A stretch of 64,000 nucleotides of DNA, from positions 341,434,001 through 341,498,000 of the forward strand of contig OZ024743.1 in the NCBI GenBank assembly GCA_964016885.1. The letters are read 5' to 3'. Within the stretch, counting starts at the first letter, position 1, and every line of letters starts with the position of its first letter. This document shows, piece after piece, positions 1-13,693 of this stretch. The position numbers were made by a program, and so were the translations under genes. Below the pieces are notes generated by a model. The model ran no database searches. It was not told the origin of the DNA and saw only the letters and a program-made list of their open reading frames with translations. This stretch comes from Eledone cirrhosa (taxonomy: Eukaryota).

Positions 1-32
1 AATCATTATTATTATTATTATTATTATTATTA

Positions 33-1990
33 CAGTTGCATTTATCTTGCTTTATGTTCATACGAGTTATCACCAAGTCACAACCAGTGACCTCAAGAGA
101 CAACAAGGTCCGCCATGTTCAAGAAAGAACATACATATTCACACATGCATCTTTAGTGTTTAGACTTGTGATGTACTTATATTGACAGAATCTTCCTTAG
201 TATATGGGCAGTTCCCATTAGTACTATCTTTTGTATTTCTCCTATACGCGGGTTTCCTGGGATTTGCGATAAGTAATCATTAGACCCCTTAGGTATCATT
301 GCTAGAGCGCCTACAATCACTGGTATTGTTTTAGTTCTCAATTTCCACATTTTTCCAATTTGTATCTCCAGGTCCTTATACTTGCTCAATTTTTCAAATG
401 TTTTTATAGATACATTCTTGTCTATTGGAACAGACATATCAATTAGCAGGCATACCCTCTTTTGAAAGTCCTTCAATATTATATCAGGTCTATTTGCATC
501 TATTTTTCGGTCTGTTTGGATGCTAAAGTTCCACAAGATTGAGATGTGATCTTTTTCAAGTATGGGAGGTGGTTGATGCTCCCACCAATTCTTTTGATGG
601 GGCAGGTCAAAATGCTTACACATTATCCAATGTATGTATTGTGCAGCTCTGTCACGCCTGTTTAGGTATTCGGTTGGAGCTATAGGACTGCACATTGAAA
701 TTATATGGTCAATGGTCTCTGGTTGTTTTTTGCATACACGGCATAATGGGCTGCATCCATTTTTTATTATGTTGGCTTGGTAATTTTTTGTTGGCAGACA
801 CTGATCTTGTGCTGATATAATCAGTCCTTCAGTCTCCGATTTCAGTCCAGAGGATGCCAACCACTGATGGGTTAAAGTTTTGTCAACATCAGGATTGTTA
901 GCTCGCTCTGGGTATTTTCCATATAGAGGCTTTTCTTGCCATTTCTTAGCCAGTTTCTGTAGCAGGTCTTTCTTTGCAGTTACTTTTACCTGCTTTGCTT
1001 TTTCTGTGTTTTCCATTTCAGCAGTAAATGCGACTTCTGAAATGTGTAGTCCATTACTGTATCTTTGTGCATCTTTTGTAATGGAATATGATCTTTTGAT
1101 GCTTTCGTGTTTCAAAACGAGTTTGATCATCCAATCATGTGATTCCCTTAGATATGTAGATAATCCAATTGTTGCAGTTTTCAACGCAATGTCTAACTGG
1201 ATTAACCCACGTCCTCCTTCTTTTCTAGGGAGATATATTCTATCTATATCTGCCTGAGGGTGATGCATTCTGTGCATGGTTAAGAATTTTCGAATTTTTG
1301 TATCGAGCCTACGGATCTCTGTGCTTGACCAGTTGATGACATTGTAACTGTAGGTTACTACTGGTATGGAAAGCGTGTTTATGGCATCGATCCTATTCCT
1401 CGCATTCAATTCCGTTCTTAAGATCGCTCTTACTCTGCGGTAACATTCCTTCCTTATCCTTTCCCTCATTGTCGAGTGCTTGATTCCGTCTCCTTCACAA
1501 ACACCTAGATATTTGTAAGTTTTTTCTTGATCATGTTCTCTTATCACGTTCCCCCGATCAAGATTAATGTCTGAACTCTTCAGTAGCTTTCCTCTGGTGA
1601 ACGTTGCTTTGGCGCATTTATCTAGTCCAAACTCCATTTTAATGTCATCACTGAACTGCTTCACAGTCGATAATAGCCCTTGCAATTGTTCATCATTTTT
1701 TGCAAATTGTTTCAGGTCATCGATGTAGAACAGGTGATTAATGGTTTTGTCATAGACTTTATATCCATGTTTTGTTTCATTGAGCATTTTACTTAATGGT
1801 ATAAGAGCGATGCAGAATAAAAGCGGTGATAAAGAGTCACCCTGAAAAATTCCACAATTAATATTAACTTCTCCAGCTTCCATTGATTTTGTCTCACTAT
1901 TCAAAAGGAGTGTCGTTTTCCATGTCTTCATACTGAATGACAAAAACCTCCTGACAACGGGGGATATTTTGAAAATCTCTAAACATTTTT
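33..1990 (-). mobile_element. R4/Dong-like non-LTR retrotransposon (RT + CCHC + restriction-like endonuclease), 5'-truncated copy 1
   Basis: ORF 177..2093 has GIFQGDSLSP, HLFYIDDLK, GGRGL, CRVC..H..C and NRPDII..IDMSVP..K..KY (PD-D/ExK). The 3'UTR is at 33-176. (ATT)n flanks both sides. Confidence 0.92.
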
Positions 1991-2018
1991 CATTATTATT
2001 ATTATTATTATTATTATT

Positions 2019-5000
2019 ACAGTTGCATTTATCTTGCTTTATGTTCATACGAGTTATCACCAAGTCACAACCAGTGACCTCAAGAGACAACAAGGTCCGC
2101 CATGTTCAAGAAAGAACATACATATTCACACATGCATCTTTAGTGTTTAGACTTGTGATGTACTTATATTGACAGAATCTTCCTTAGTATATGGGCAGTT
2201 CCCATTAGTACTATCTTTTAGTACCACTGGTATTGTTTTAGTTCTCAATTTCCACATTTTTCCAATTTCTATCTCCAGGTCCTTATACTTGCTCAATTTT
2301 TCAAATGTTTTTATAGATACATTCTTGTCTATTGGAACAGGCATATCAATTAGCAGGCATACCCTCTTTTTGAAGTCCTTCAATATTATATCAGGTCTAT
2401 TTGCATCTATTTTTCGGTCTGTTTGGATGCTAAAGTTCCACAAGATTGAGATGTGATCATTTTCAAGTATGGGAGGTGGTTGATGCTCCCACCAATTCTT
2501 TTGATGGGGCAGGTCAAAATGCTTACACATTATCCAATGTATGTATTGTGCAGCTCTGTCATGCCTGTTTAGGTATTCGGTTGGAGCTATAGGACTGCAC
2601 ATTGAAATTATATGGTCAATGGTCTCTGGTTGTTTTTTGAATTACACGGCATAATGGGCTGCACCCATTTTTGATTATGTTGGCTTGGTAATTTTTTGTT
2701 GGCAGACACTGATCTTGTGCCGATATAATCAGTCCTTCAGTCTCCGATTTCAGTCCAGAGGATGCCAACCACTGATGGGTTAAAGTTTTGTCAACATCAG
2801 GATTGTTAGCTCGCTCTGGGTATTTTCCATACAGAGGCTTTTCTTGCCATTTCTTAGCCAGTTTCTGTAGCAGTTCTTTCTTTGCAGTTACTTTTACCTG
2901 CTTTGCTTTTTCTGTGTTTTCCATTTCAGCAGTAAATGGGACTTCTGAAATTTGTAGTCCGTTACTGTATCTTTGTGCATATTTTGTAATGGAATATGAT
3001 CTTTTGATGCTTTCGTGTTTCAAAACGAGTTTGATCATCCAATCATGTGATTCCCTTAGATATGTAGATAATCCAATTGTTGCAGTTTTCAACGCAAATA
3101 GTTTTAGGTCATCGATGTAGAACAGGTGATTAATGGTTTTGTCATAGACTTTATATCCATGTTTTGTTTCATTGAGCATTTTACTTAATGGTATAAGTGC
3201 GATGCAGAATAAAAGCGGTGATAAAGAGTCACCCTGAAAAATTCCACAATTAATATTAACTTCTCCAGCTTCCAGTGATTTTGTTTCACTATTCAAAAGG
3301 AGTGTCGTTTTCCATGTCTTCATACTGAATGACAAAAACCTCCTGACATCGGGGGATACTTTGAAAATCTCTAAATATTTTTCAATCCAACTGTGTGGCA
3401 AACTATCAAATGCTTTTTTATAATCTATCCAAGCAATCGACAGATTTTTGTGTCTATTATGACAATCTTCCAGTATCATTTTGTTAACCAGAAGCTGATC
3501 CTTACAGCCATATGAGCCTCGTTTACACCCTTTATGCTCAATGGGAAATAGATCGTTTGTTATCAGGTGGTCATATGTGTATTCAGTTAGGACTGATGTT
3601 AAAATTTTATACATTGTGGTCAAGCAAGTTATCGGTCTGTAATTTTTGGGATTGTTTGTCTCATCATTCTTCGGAAGCAGGAATGTAATGCCGTTAACTA
3701 GCCATGAAGGTATCTTTTCTGGCTCCTTAACTATTTCATTGTAAAGTTGGGCTAACAGCTCATGAGACTCTGTGAAGGCATTTATACAAAAGTTTTGTAT
3801 TTTGTCTTTTCCTGGGGATTTCCATTTGCTGGTTTTTCTTAGAGCCAAGCGCAACTGTTCAACTGTTATATTTTCCCATGTTTGTTCCTCAAGGTGAGCT
3901 GTATCTTTCATTTGTCTGTCTATCAATGGGGCATGTATGTTATGAACTTTTTCTTCGGCCCAGATCTTTTGCCAGAATTCTTGCACTTCCTCCTTGGGTG
4001 GTATTGATTTAGCAGTTATTGTGGACTTACCAATTTTTCTGTAGAAGTTTCTTTGGTTGTTTTTGAACATATTATTGTCCTTATAGAATCTAGATCGTTT
4101 TTCAAAGCGCCTTATACGAGCAGCTTTGGCCGACACTTTTTGCTTGATTATTTCTATCAGCATGTCTATGTCACATGTTGATTTTATACTGTACTTTTTT
4201 TTCAATTTTCTAAGTTTAGTTTGTTTAACATGTTCACCTACTTTATAGTTTGTTAACATTTCTATGTCAGATCGGAGAAGGTTTATTTGGCGATTGATGT
4301 TCTCTTGCCAAGTAGATTTCTTGTGGGAATTCCTTTGTTTTTTCATCTTCACTCCACATAAGTGAGTGGTGACTTTAGCCGATGCATAATAGAGATGATT
4401 TATATCAGTAATGTTTAGTTTGTTTGTGATGATAATGTTTTTGAGAATTATGTTAGTCTTGTGTATTATCTTTTGGTTCTGTTTGGAGTTCTGGATCTTA
4501 GGGAGGGTGTCTCGTTCCCCCATGTCAGATTCTTTCATTTTCATCCATTCGATCATAATTTCATCCTTCAAGTTGGCAAGTTCGTTCTCATTCATTTCTT
4601 TATCATTTACGATCTCATTATTTTCATTTGGAGTTTCATCCTGAGCATGCACTCCCTCCACTTTTTCGATCCTTTCTTTAATTTGTTCTGTTGCCAGTGA
4701 TTTCGCCCCAAACCTGGGATTCGAAGTGTTACAGTTTACCTCGTTTTCACTGACACATGTTTCATTTTCCCTTCGCTGACTTTGTGCTAATAGCTTGATC
4801 TGATCAATTTCTATCTCAGTTAGTAACTTTTTTCTTACAATATTTCTTCGTATATTGGCTAGTTTTTTTACTGTCAATATAGCCTCTGTTTTCGGGATGT
4901 TTTTTTCCAGTTGATATATGTCTGTTCTGTATTCGATGTATTTGATGGGTAGTACATGGCAGTGTAGAAAGCCTCAAGGACTTCTTTATTATCTTCCCTT
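2019..5000 (-). mobile_element. R4/Dong-like LINE, longer copy 2 with internal deletions and frameshift
   Basis: ORFs 2616..4877 (KSPGKD, NYRPITCL, WIDYKKAFDS, QGDSLSP, YIDD) and 2147..2602 (RLE). The 3'UTR is the same as copy 1. It is bounded by (ATT)n at ~1991-2018 and ~5005-5051. Confidence 0.92.
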
Positions 5001-5429
5001 GACTTATTATTATTATTATTGTGCCTTATTATTATTATTATTATTATTATTGGCGACCTACGTAGTAAATCGTAACATCGTGAGCTCCGCAAAGTTTTGT
5101 TATTTCCGTTTGTTAAAAATTGCCATTTATGGAAAATTTTATTGTTAACTGTTTATAAGCACACATACATTGTTTTCCGAAAAGGACACCCAAAAAGATT
5201 GGGGCCTTGTGCCCAAAATTTTAACTTTTATTATTATCCAAAAATTTCTTTGAAAAAAAATGGCTAATTCCCCTCTGCACGAAGCAGCTGAAAGCCTTCC
5301 TCACAAAATAACACCTCACACCGACACCACCATTGTAAATGTTACTACGTTTGCCAACACAAAAAAAATATAAGCAGTAGCAATATTTTAAATTTGTCTC
5401 AGGCAGACATTCATTTCCCGCCATTACCA

Positions 5430-7244
5430 ATGACTGGAGGTGTTAAACACTCCACCACCACCACCACCGCGACAACCACCACCACCACCACCGCGACAAC
5501 AGAAACAAAAGAAGAAAAAAATAAATTAACTCGTGACGTCGAAATGAAATCAAGCAAAATGGACTCTTCCCCACCAAAGACGACTGACGTCACCACCACC
5601 ACAACTGAAAATAAAATTAATATTAACGATAGCAACAACAACAACAATGACATTATAAAACCGACCCTCAGTTTCGCCATCGTAGCAAAACAATTCGAAG
5701 CGTTCACGGTAACTCAAGAAGATTTAGAAAATGCCAAACAAATGGTAAAGAAAGATGGGTACAGGGTCAGCCTCACCCCCCCCCCCACCTAATAAAATGG
5801 AGCATCGGCGCCTGTGCATCGTGTCGTATAGAACAATAAATGTAAAATCGCGCCGAGTGGAACGGGCATCCGACTCCCAAATCCAAAAAGCTTTGGGACT
5901 AGTGTGGGCAAGAAAAACCCACATCAGACGTGGGCAAAAGTATGGAACCGTGGATGTGTTCTTTGAAACACCAGAGGAGGCTAGAGAACACTCCATGGCC
6001 CCATTAAAAAGTGACGACTTCACACTCGTCCCAAGCTATTGTGGCCAGAGACTCGTAAAGATCAGGGTGACCCACGTTCCACCGGCCATCGAAATTCCCT
6101 GGCTAATAGCGGCTGTCCTCGCCGGCATCGAAGCCAACACGAAAATAATAGCAGTAGCAAAAGAAAAGCAGGAAAACTGGTCCGGATCTGGGATGGAGCT
6201 CCTGATCCAAGCGGACCAAAAAAGCATTGAGGAGATCACAGAGGTAATAGACCTCACTGACGGCAGCCACCTCACGGTAATTGTCGAGGGCAGAAGACCT
6301 AGGTGTGTCGTTTGTGGTGAAGGAACCCACCTAAGGGCTTTCTGCCCTCAGGTTAAAAGGTTGAGGCCACTTCTCCTACCCACCCCAGTGACACAACCAT
6401 CAACACCACCAGTAGCAGAGATGGCAGCAACAACTGTAGCAGCAACAACAGAAGCAACTATAACAGCAACAACCCCAGCAACAGTAGCAAAACCAACACC
6501 ACTACCACCACCAGCAAAACCAACACCACCACCACCCAACGCTTCAGAACTAGCACCAGCACCTACACCATCCACCACACCACAACCAAAACTAACGGCT
6601 GTGGAGGATTTTCCACTCCCCGGCCTATCACAACTGGAGACAGATTGTGACGACGAGGAGTGGGAAACGATATCCGGAAAAATAAAAGAAACCAAAAAAG
6701 AAAAAATTCTCTTCCTTCCCCCTCCAAAAACAAAATACAGAGGGAAACAAATAAACTAAGAAACAAAAAAGTTAGGACAGATATGCCACCATCCACACCA
6801 GCATCACCAACCCCATCAACCCAAACACCAACACCATCACCATCATTAACCCCAGCACCACCATCACCTACACCACAAAAGTCACCAAAATGCGAAACAG
6901 AAACAAACCCACAACAAGCGCAAACAAAACAAAACAACCAAAACGATACACACTACACAGCATTAAATTTGAATAACAAGCAATTATTACACTACATCCA
7001 ACACAACACCAGCATCACAGAAAAAGACTACACAACAACCCCAAAATTCACACCACCTCCACACATACAAATCACTCGCATCACACAGAAAACGTACATG
7101 ACACTAAAACAAAAATTCCCCAAAGACATCGGATACTTCCGACAAGCACTCTCCAGGAGGATTTATAAGGACATCCTTCCTGAGGAGGCCACAAACAGTG
7201 AAAAGGATGGAAAAGCCGTCCTTCCCCTACGAGAAGTAAGGTAA
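5430..7244 (+). pseudogene. Tx1-like ORF1 (gag-like, CCHC knuckle, Pro/Thr-rich tail), frameshifted
   Basis: ORFs 5394..5792, 5755..6759 and 6660..7244, with CVVCGEGTHLRAFC. One apparent frameshift coincides with the C-run at ~5776-5787. Confidence 0.7.
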
Positions 7245-7278
7245 GTGGTCTTTCCCATCTTTTCCACTCCTTTTCAAC

Positions 7279-10200
7279 ATGACCTCACTCAGAATAGGCA
7301 GCATAAATGCGCGTGGCTTGGGGTCGTCATGGAAGCAGGGCCACCTGCTCAACGACCTCAGGTCACTAAACATAGATGTAGTGGCCATCAGCGAGACCAG
7401 AATCTCCGAAGCACAGTCTTTCGCACCGATCTTCGGCGGCTACGATGTGTACGCATCTCCCAACCGTCCGGGATCGGGGGGAGGAGTTGCTGTGCTTTTT
7501 CGGAGAGGTTTGGATCTTGCCATACAGGCCATCTTCCTGGACCCAGAAGGTAAGTTGGTAGGGAAGGAGGGTGCAAGAGTCACACCAACCTGCTCAGACG
7601 TTTTGAACTGTCTGACAGGTACCGAATGGATTTCCCGAATGTACCAATGTGGACTTGGACAAATCGCATAGGGTCATCCAGATCATATCTAGATAGAGTA
7701 TTTTGTAGGGAAATAGATAGGTCTAGCATAGGCTGTCCACAATTCAAGATAGTCAGCTACACGGACCACAAATTCGTGATCTGTGTGCTTGACTTAGATA
7801 GGCTTCATAGACGAGGACCCGGCTACTGGAAGTTAAACGCGTCCTTACCAGCGCGCAAGGCCTACAGAGACCGGATTAGCGAACTAGTTAAGCGGGCGTT
7901 GACGGGGGCCATCGTCAACAACAAGTGGTGGTTTGCTCTGAAAAGAGCAATTAGAATAGAGTCCATTAGGTTTAGTAAGACTTTAGCAATAGAGAAAAAT
8001 AGAGCAGAGGGAGAATTAGTTAGAAAATTAGATGAGGTGCTTAGCAAAGGCATCGCGACCGACGTACTTGCGGCGAAATTGGCCCTTGACCAATTATTCA
8101 ATGCAAAGCACGAAGGCTGCGTTGTCAGAGCTAGGGTGCGTGCTCTCAGACACGAGGGGACGAAAGCCGTTCAATGGGCCCGAGTGGCGGAGGCGCGTCG
8201 TGGCCACGATCCGGTCTTTGGTGGACAACGACGGGCGCATGCTACTCGATCCCGGGCAAATGTGTGAAGCTTTTCAGCGACACTTCGCTCAACTGTTCGG
8301 GGGCAGTGGCGGGCCGGATCGAGGGATGGACTTTAGTGTCTACCTCGACGGACTGCCGCGGCTTTCGGCCACTGAGGCGGAGTGTTGCGAAAATCCGATA
8401 ACAGGAGCGGTGGCGCTGCTGAGAAAGGATCCGAACAAGGGGGATAACATAGATAATTTTAGGCCCATAACTCTGCTAAACACAGAGTTCAAGATTTTGG
8501 CCAGGGTGCTAGCAAAGAGGTTGGCGCTTGTCGTTGGTGGTCTGGTGGGAGAGGCACAGACATGCGCCATTCCCGACAGATCCATCCACGACAACCTCCA
8601 CCTCATGCGATACATCGTAGAGAGGGTAGCTAGGGAACCTGGCACGGGTGGGTCTTTGATCAATTTAGATCAGTCGAAAGCCTTCGATAGGGCCGACCAT
8701 CGTTACCTAGCGGCAGTCCTGAGGGCGGCTGGCTTTGGGCCCGTCTTCAGAGGCTGGATCGCTGCCATGCACAGCGACATCTGCTCTGTAGTGAGAGTGA
8801 ACGGTCACCTTTCGGAACCGTTCAACATCATGCGCTCGGTCCGCCAAGGATGTCCCCTCTCGTCCCTATTGTACGTATTGACTCTCGAGCCATTACTGCA
8901 CAAACTGGAGACGTTGAGGGGGGTCCCGCGCGAACTAGGATGCGGAAGATCCGTGTCAGCATATGCCGACGATGTCACGTATTGGTGTCGAACGCCAAAC
9001 ACATCGAGGCGATCGGCACTACACTAAGAGAATACGAAGCGGTGACAGGAGCAATGATCAACCAGGAAAAGTCAGTGGGCCTGCAGCTCGGCACCTGGAG
9101 AGGCAGGTCCATGCCGTCCAACAGCGTCGTCGGGCGCTGGACGGACGGACCGGTTAAATTGCTAGGGGTCTGGTTCGGTCCAGACCTCCAGACGGACAAA
9201 AACTGGGACGAGGTGACGAGCAGGGTGGCTTCTCTCATCCAGAAATGGGCCGAGAGGAAGCTATCCCTGAAAGGTCGAGCGGAGGTGGCGAATGCGTACA
9301 TCGCATCCGTCATCTACTACCGCCTGACCGTCGTACCTTGTCCGAAGCCCCGCCTGACTGCGCTGGAGCGTTTTCTCTTTCGCTTCTTGTGGAAGGGACG
9401 AGCTCCGATGGTCAGGCGGTCCATCTGCTGTCAACACCCGCTACGTGGAGGGCTGGGCATGCCGTGGCTGATGATGCGCAGACACGCGCTCAGGCTACGA
9501 CATCTCCACCTCTTCCTCGACGGTGATTAGGTGTGGTCGCCGTTTGCAAGACACGTTTTTCCCCAGCTCGTCTCCTTGACGGAGCTGCAGTCCTGGGTCA
9601 AGCGGAGACCGAGAGGGAGCGCTTGGAGACTGGAATGTCTTCAGGCGCTCACAGCCCTCGACCAATCGGGCAATGTGATCGGTGGAAACTCCACCTTGGC
9701 GTTCTATAGGGGATTAGTGGAGGGGAAGAGCGACGACGTACTTGGAGAAACTCTAGGCGTCGACGAAAATCAACTAGCCAATCTCTTCGGAAGGACTTTC
9801 GGGCCGGGGCCTATGGACAACTTCCAGAAATCCCTGGCCTGGCAGTGCTACCGAGGAGCTTTGCCAGTTCGGGATAAACTCTACAGGCATGGAGGTGCCG
9901 TTACCCGGGCATGTCTGAGATGCGCGCAGGGCGACGAAACCGTCCTGCACGTACTCGTCGAGTGTCCGAGCATTGCTGACTTGTGGGTTTATGTCGAACA
10001 CCTGCTGTCACGTGTAGGACGGATCCAGCTATCAGCTGAGTCCATCGTGAGGATTGCCCCGCCCCCTTCCTTTAGCCTGGAAGGGCAGGCAGTTTTTATC
10101 TGTCTGGTGGCCATGGCGAAAGAGATAGTATGGTGGACACGTTTGAAAGGGCTGAAGACGAGCACTTACCTCTTCGGTGATGCCCTGATTAACTTTTTCA

Positions 10201-10328
10201 AATTTCATTTGAAAAGGAAAATCAGGGTAGAGAGGGAAGTGCTCTCTTCCCAGCATTTTGTTGAAAGATGGGTGAGAGAAGCAAGTATGGCCCGAATGAA
10301 TGGGCCTTCTCTGAGTATGTGTCTGTAA
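7279..10328 (+). pseudogene. Tx1-like ORF2 (APE endonuclease + reverse transcriptase + zinc finger), fragmented
   Basis: Motifs SINARGL, ISET, SYLDRVF, TDHK, GPGYWKLN, NFRPITLLN, LDQSKAFDR, VRQGCPLS, AYADDV, GGLG and CLRC..ET..H..C are spread over successive ORFs. Confidence 0.92.
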
Positions 10329-10572
10329 ATTAAAGGTGGAAAACTGGGAGAGGGCACTTGCCCTGGTGGTCAGGGCCACTGTGGTCTTTTAATGGGCTTT
10401 CTCCACAAATGTCCCTCGGAAGTCTCCCCCCTATTGGGGAATTTTTCTTTGTTATTTTATTTCAACCTCTGTTTTTTTTTACACGCAGAAATGCCCATTT
10501 GTACCGTCCTGTATTGTCCTGTACTGTCCTTAATGTCTACTTTATGTGAACCCTTGTGGTTAATAAAGAAAA

Positions 10573-10638
<66 letters not shown>

Positions 10639-10763
10639 GTTTTATTTCTCGTGCAATGGCCATACTCGATAACGAGGGGGCAGCCATCATATATATTTAT
10701 ACATATATATATGTATACATACATATATATATATGGATGCATATATATATAAAATATATATGT

Positions 10764-10823
<60 letters not shown>

Positions 10824-11318
10824 ATATCGAAAGAGTGAAGAATAACATGGTCAACAGTACAAAAAGAGGTTTTATTTACAGTATTATCAATTGTTTCACT
10901 AATTAAGTTGGCTAAAAATTGCTGAACACTTGAAGCTGTGCCACTCAATTTTAAATACGATGTTAGCTTAACCAGATCATCAGAAAGGACTGTTAAATAT
11001 ATACTCAGCGTTTACGAATTTAAATTACAACATCATTAATAAAGAAAAAGAGAGAAATAAAAAGAGAGAAAAAAGAAAAAGATATAGAGAATAAAGAGAG
11101 TGAGAAAAAAGATAGAAGACAAAAGGATGAAGAAAAAAAGATAAAAGATAAAAAAAAGAAAAATAGAAAGAAAAAAGTAGACATAAAACGCGAAATTCGA
11201 TAATTCGCGAAATTCGATAATTCGATAATTTCAGACTTAATTCATCCCATCTATGCCATAATTCAAATTGTACCACCTGAATATATTATAATAACCTACT
11301 ATCATTATTATTATTATT

Positions 11319-11860
11319 AAGGGCGGTAGATTGGCAGTATCGGTAGAGAGACGGACGCCATGCTTTCCAGCATAGTTACGTCCCTTTACGATCTGAGTTC
11401 AAATCCCGCCGAGGTTGACTTAGCCTTTCATCCTTACGAGGTCGATAAAATAAAGTACCAGTAATGCACTGGGTAATTGCTGGCCTTGTGCCTAAAGTAG
11501 AAACAATTATTATTATTATTAAGTTACGGACTTTACGATCTGAATTCAAATCCCGCCGAGGTTAACTTTGCCTTTCATTCTTATGGGGTCGATAAAATAA
11601 AGTAGCAGTAATGCACTGGGATAATTGCTGGCCTTGTGCCAAATGTAGAAACAATTATTATTATTAAGGGCGGTGAATTGGCAGTATCGGTAGAGGGTCG
11701 GACGCCATGCTGTGACGCTTAGAGTTACGGCTCTTGCCATTCTGAGTTCAAATCCCGCCGAGGTTAACTTTGCCTTTCATCCTTACGGGTTCGATAAAAT
11801 AAAGTACTGAGTAATTTGCTGGCCTTGTGCCAATAGTAGAAACAATTATTATTATTATTG
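11319..11860 (+). mobile_element. Three tandem tRNA-derived SINEs with Meta-like core and (ATT)n tails
   Basis: A box TGGCAGTATCGG, B box GAGTTCAAATCCC, core GCCTTTCATCCTTACGGGGTCGATAAAATAAAGTACC and tail GTAGAAACAATTATT. Copies are at ~11319, ~11521 (5'-truncated) and ~11666. Confidence 0.85.
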
Positions 11861-12431
11861 TCATTAACTGTTAATGAACCAACATAACCTCTTATATTTT
11901 CTCTTTTACTTTCTATCTTTCTATTTCTTTCCCTAAATTTATTTCATCTCTTACATCATATCTTATCGTATTATTTTCACTTCTAATATAACTTACAATT
12001 AATTAATTAATTAATTAAGTATTTAATTAATTTATTAATGTAACTAATACATATATGAATATATTTAACATTTTCAAGTTCATGCCATCATATCTCTATA
12101 TTTTAACCACCAACAACCCTCAATAATCATACTATGTTTACTTTTCTTCGCACACATATTACATTTTTTTTTTATCATATGTTGTATTATTTTTTATCAT
12201 CTTCGTTATAACTTATTTATTAACATTTATTCATTTATTATTATTATCTTTATTATTTTTACTCTCTATTTTTCTTTTTCTTTATCTTTTATCTTTTTTC
12301 TTCATCCTTTTCTCTTCTTTCTTTTTTTCTCTCTATCTCTTTTCTCTATATCTTTTTCTTTTTTTCTTTTGTCTCTCTTTCTTTATTAATGATGTTGTAA
12401 ATTGAATTCGTAAACGCTGAGTATATTTTTA

Positions 12432-12545
12432 ACAATCCTTTCTGATGATCTGGTTAAGCTAACATCGTATTTAAAATTGAGTGGCACAGCTTCAAGTGTT
12501 CAGCAATTGAGACAACTTAATCAGTGAAACAATTGTTAATACTGT
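12432..12545 (+). ncRNA. Decayed type I hammerhead ribozyme with long helix II (inverted copy at 10878-10993)
   Basis: CTGATGA at 12442, helix II CTGGTTAAG/CTTAATCAG and GAAACAATTGT at 12526. Stem I is imperfect. Confidence 0.5.
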
Positions 12546-12746
12546 AAATAAAACCCCTTTTTTGTACTGTTAATCATGTTATTTTTACTCTTTCAATATT
12601 ATTACTCCAAGATAAACTTACATAGGAATTCCCGAGAAATCACAAACTCGCCACCTACGGAAACCTCTTGTTGAGTCAAACAACGCCGCACGCTAAAACT
12701 ATCCACAATGCGGAGCATTAACAACCTATAACGATATTTTGTTATC

Positions 12747-12853
<107 letters not shown>

Positions 12854-12865
12854 TATATATATATA

Positions 12866-13575
12866 TAAAAATTAGCGAAGCAAGCGGTTATTAAACAATT
12901 CTCTAAATAAATAAAAAAAATGATTAAATAATCACCTGTTCAGACGCTGTTACCAACGGTTTCATCATTCCGAAAGATTGGAAATTCAGAGAATTTCCAA
13001 TGGAAAGAAATGAATCTTCAGACAGCCCTATTTCCATGTCCATAAGGTTGCAAGCCTCATAGCAAGTAAATATTATGCTCCCTGCCTAACGCATGCGGTC
13101 AAGCCGTTAAAATGACACAAATGCAAAATCAGGTCGCTGATAATAGCTATATATTATAAACATGTTGATATTGCCACTAAAATTAGCAGCATTATTCAAC
13201 GTTTTGTTCTCTACATAAGGAGAAAAATTATAGAAGTGGATGAATACCTCAACGGGTACAATGTACTCGTAGAAATATTCAAGTTGTTTATAATACTTGT
13301 GGTTCGATGGTACTAATTTGAGATACCAGAACAATTCCGTTGGAAATTCTGTGAATTTCCAATTTTTCGGAATGATGAAACCGTCGGTTACAGCGACTGA
13401 ACAGGTGATTATTTAATCATTTTTAAATTTATTTAGAGAAATGTTTAATAACCGCTTGCTTCGCTAATTTTTATATTGTTCTGGTATCTCGAATTAGTAC
13501 CATCGAACCACAAGTATTATAAACAACTTGAATATTTCTACGAGTACATTGTACTCGTTGAGGTATTCATACACT
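12866..13575. mobile_element. Non-coding Penelope-like element with nested inversions
   Basis: 12866-13003 is inverted at ~13335-13475, and ~13235-13334 is inverted at ~13476-13575. It lies in a (TA)n tract. Confidence 0.6.
12946..13026 (-). ncRNA. Type I hammerhead ribozyme
   Basis: Minus strand reads GCTGT-CTGAAGA-(long hairpin TCATT..ATTGGAAATTC/GAATTTCCAAT..AATGA)-GAAACC-GTT-GGTA-ACAGC. Stem I is 5 bp and the triplet is GUA. Confidence 0.8.
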
Positions 13576-13639
13576 TATATATATATATATATATATATAT
13601 GTCTGTGTGTGTGTATGTGTGTATGTGTATAAATATATA

Positions 13640-13693
<54 letters not shown>

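Larger units (their letters stand above)
5052..10573 (+). mobile_element. Tx1/L1-group LINE, near full length and decayed
   Basis: ORF1 has a zinc knuckle and ORF2 has APE-RT-zinc finger. AATAAA lies at ~10562, and (ATT)n flanks both ends. Confidence 0.9.
10828..12595. mobile_element. Non-coding Penelope-like element as an inverted pair (arms ~10828-11180 and ~12260-12595), with SINEs inserted between the arms
   Basis: The arms are reverse complements. Each contains CTGATGA-T-CTGGTTAAG...CTTAAT(C/T)AG-T-GAAAC followed by AATAAA. Confidence 0.6.

Noticed and set aside
1991-2093. N-terminal poly-Asn part of the 638-aa ORF
   Set aside because: It is read-through of the neighbouring copy's 3'UTR and the (AAT)n tract, not a real protein start.
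11319-11410. SINE heads as tRNA genes
   Set aside because: The A-B spacing is expanded, no full cloverleaf is evident, and the heads are fused to the SINE core and tail.
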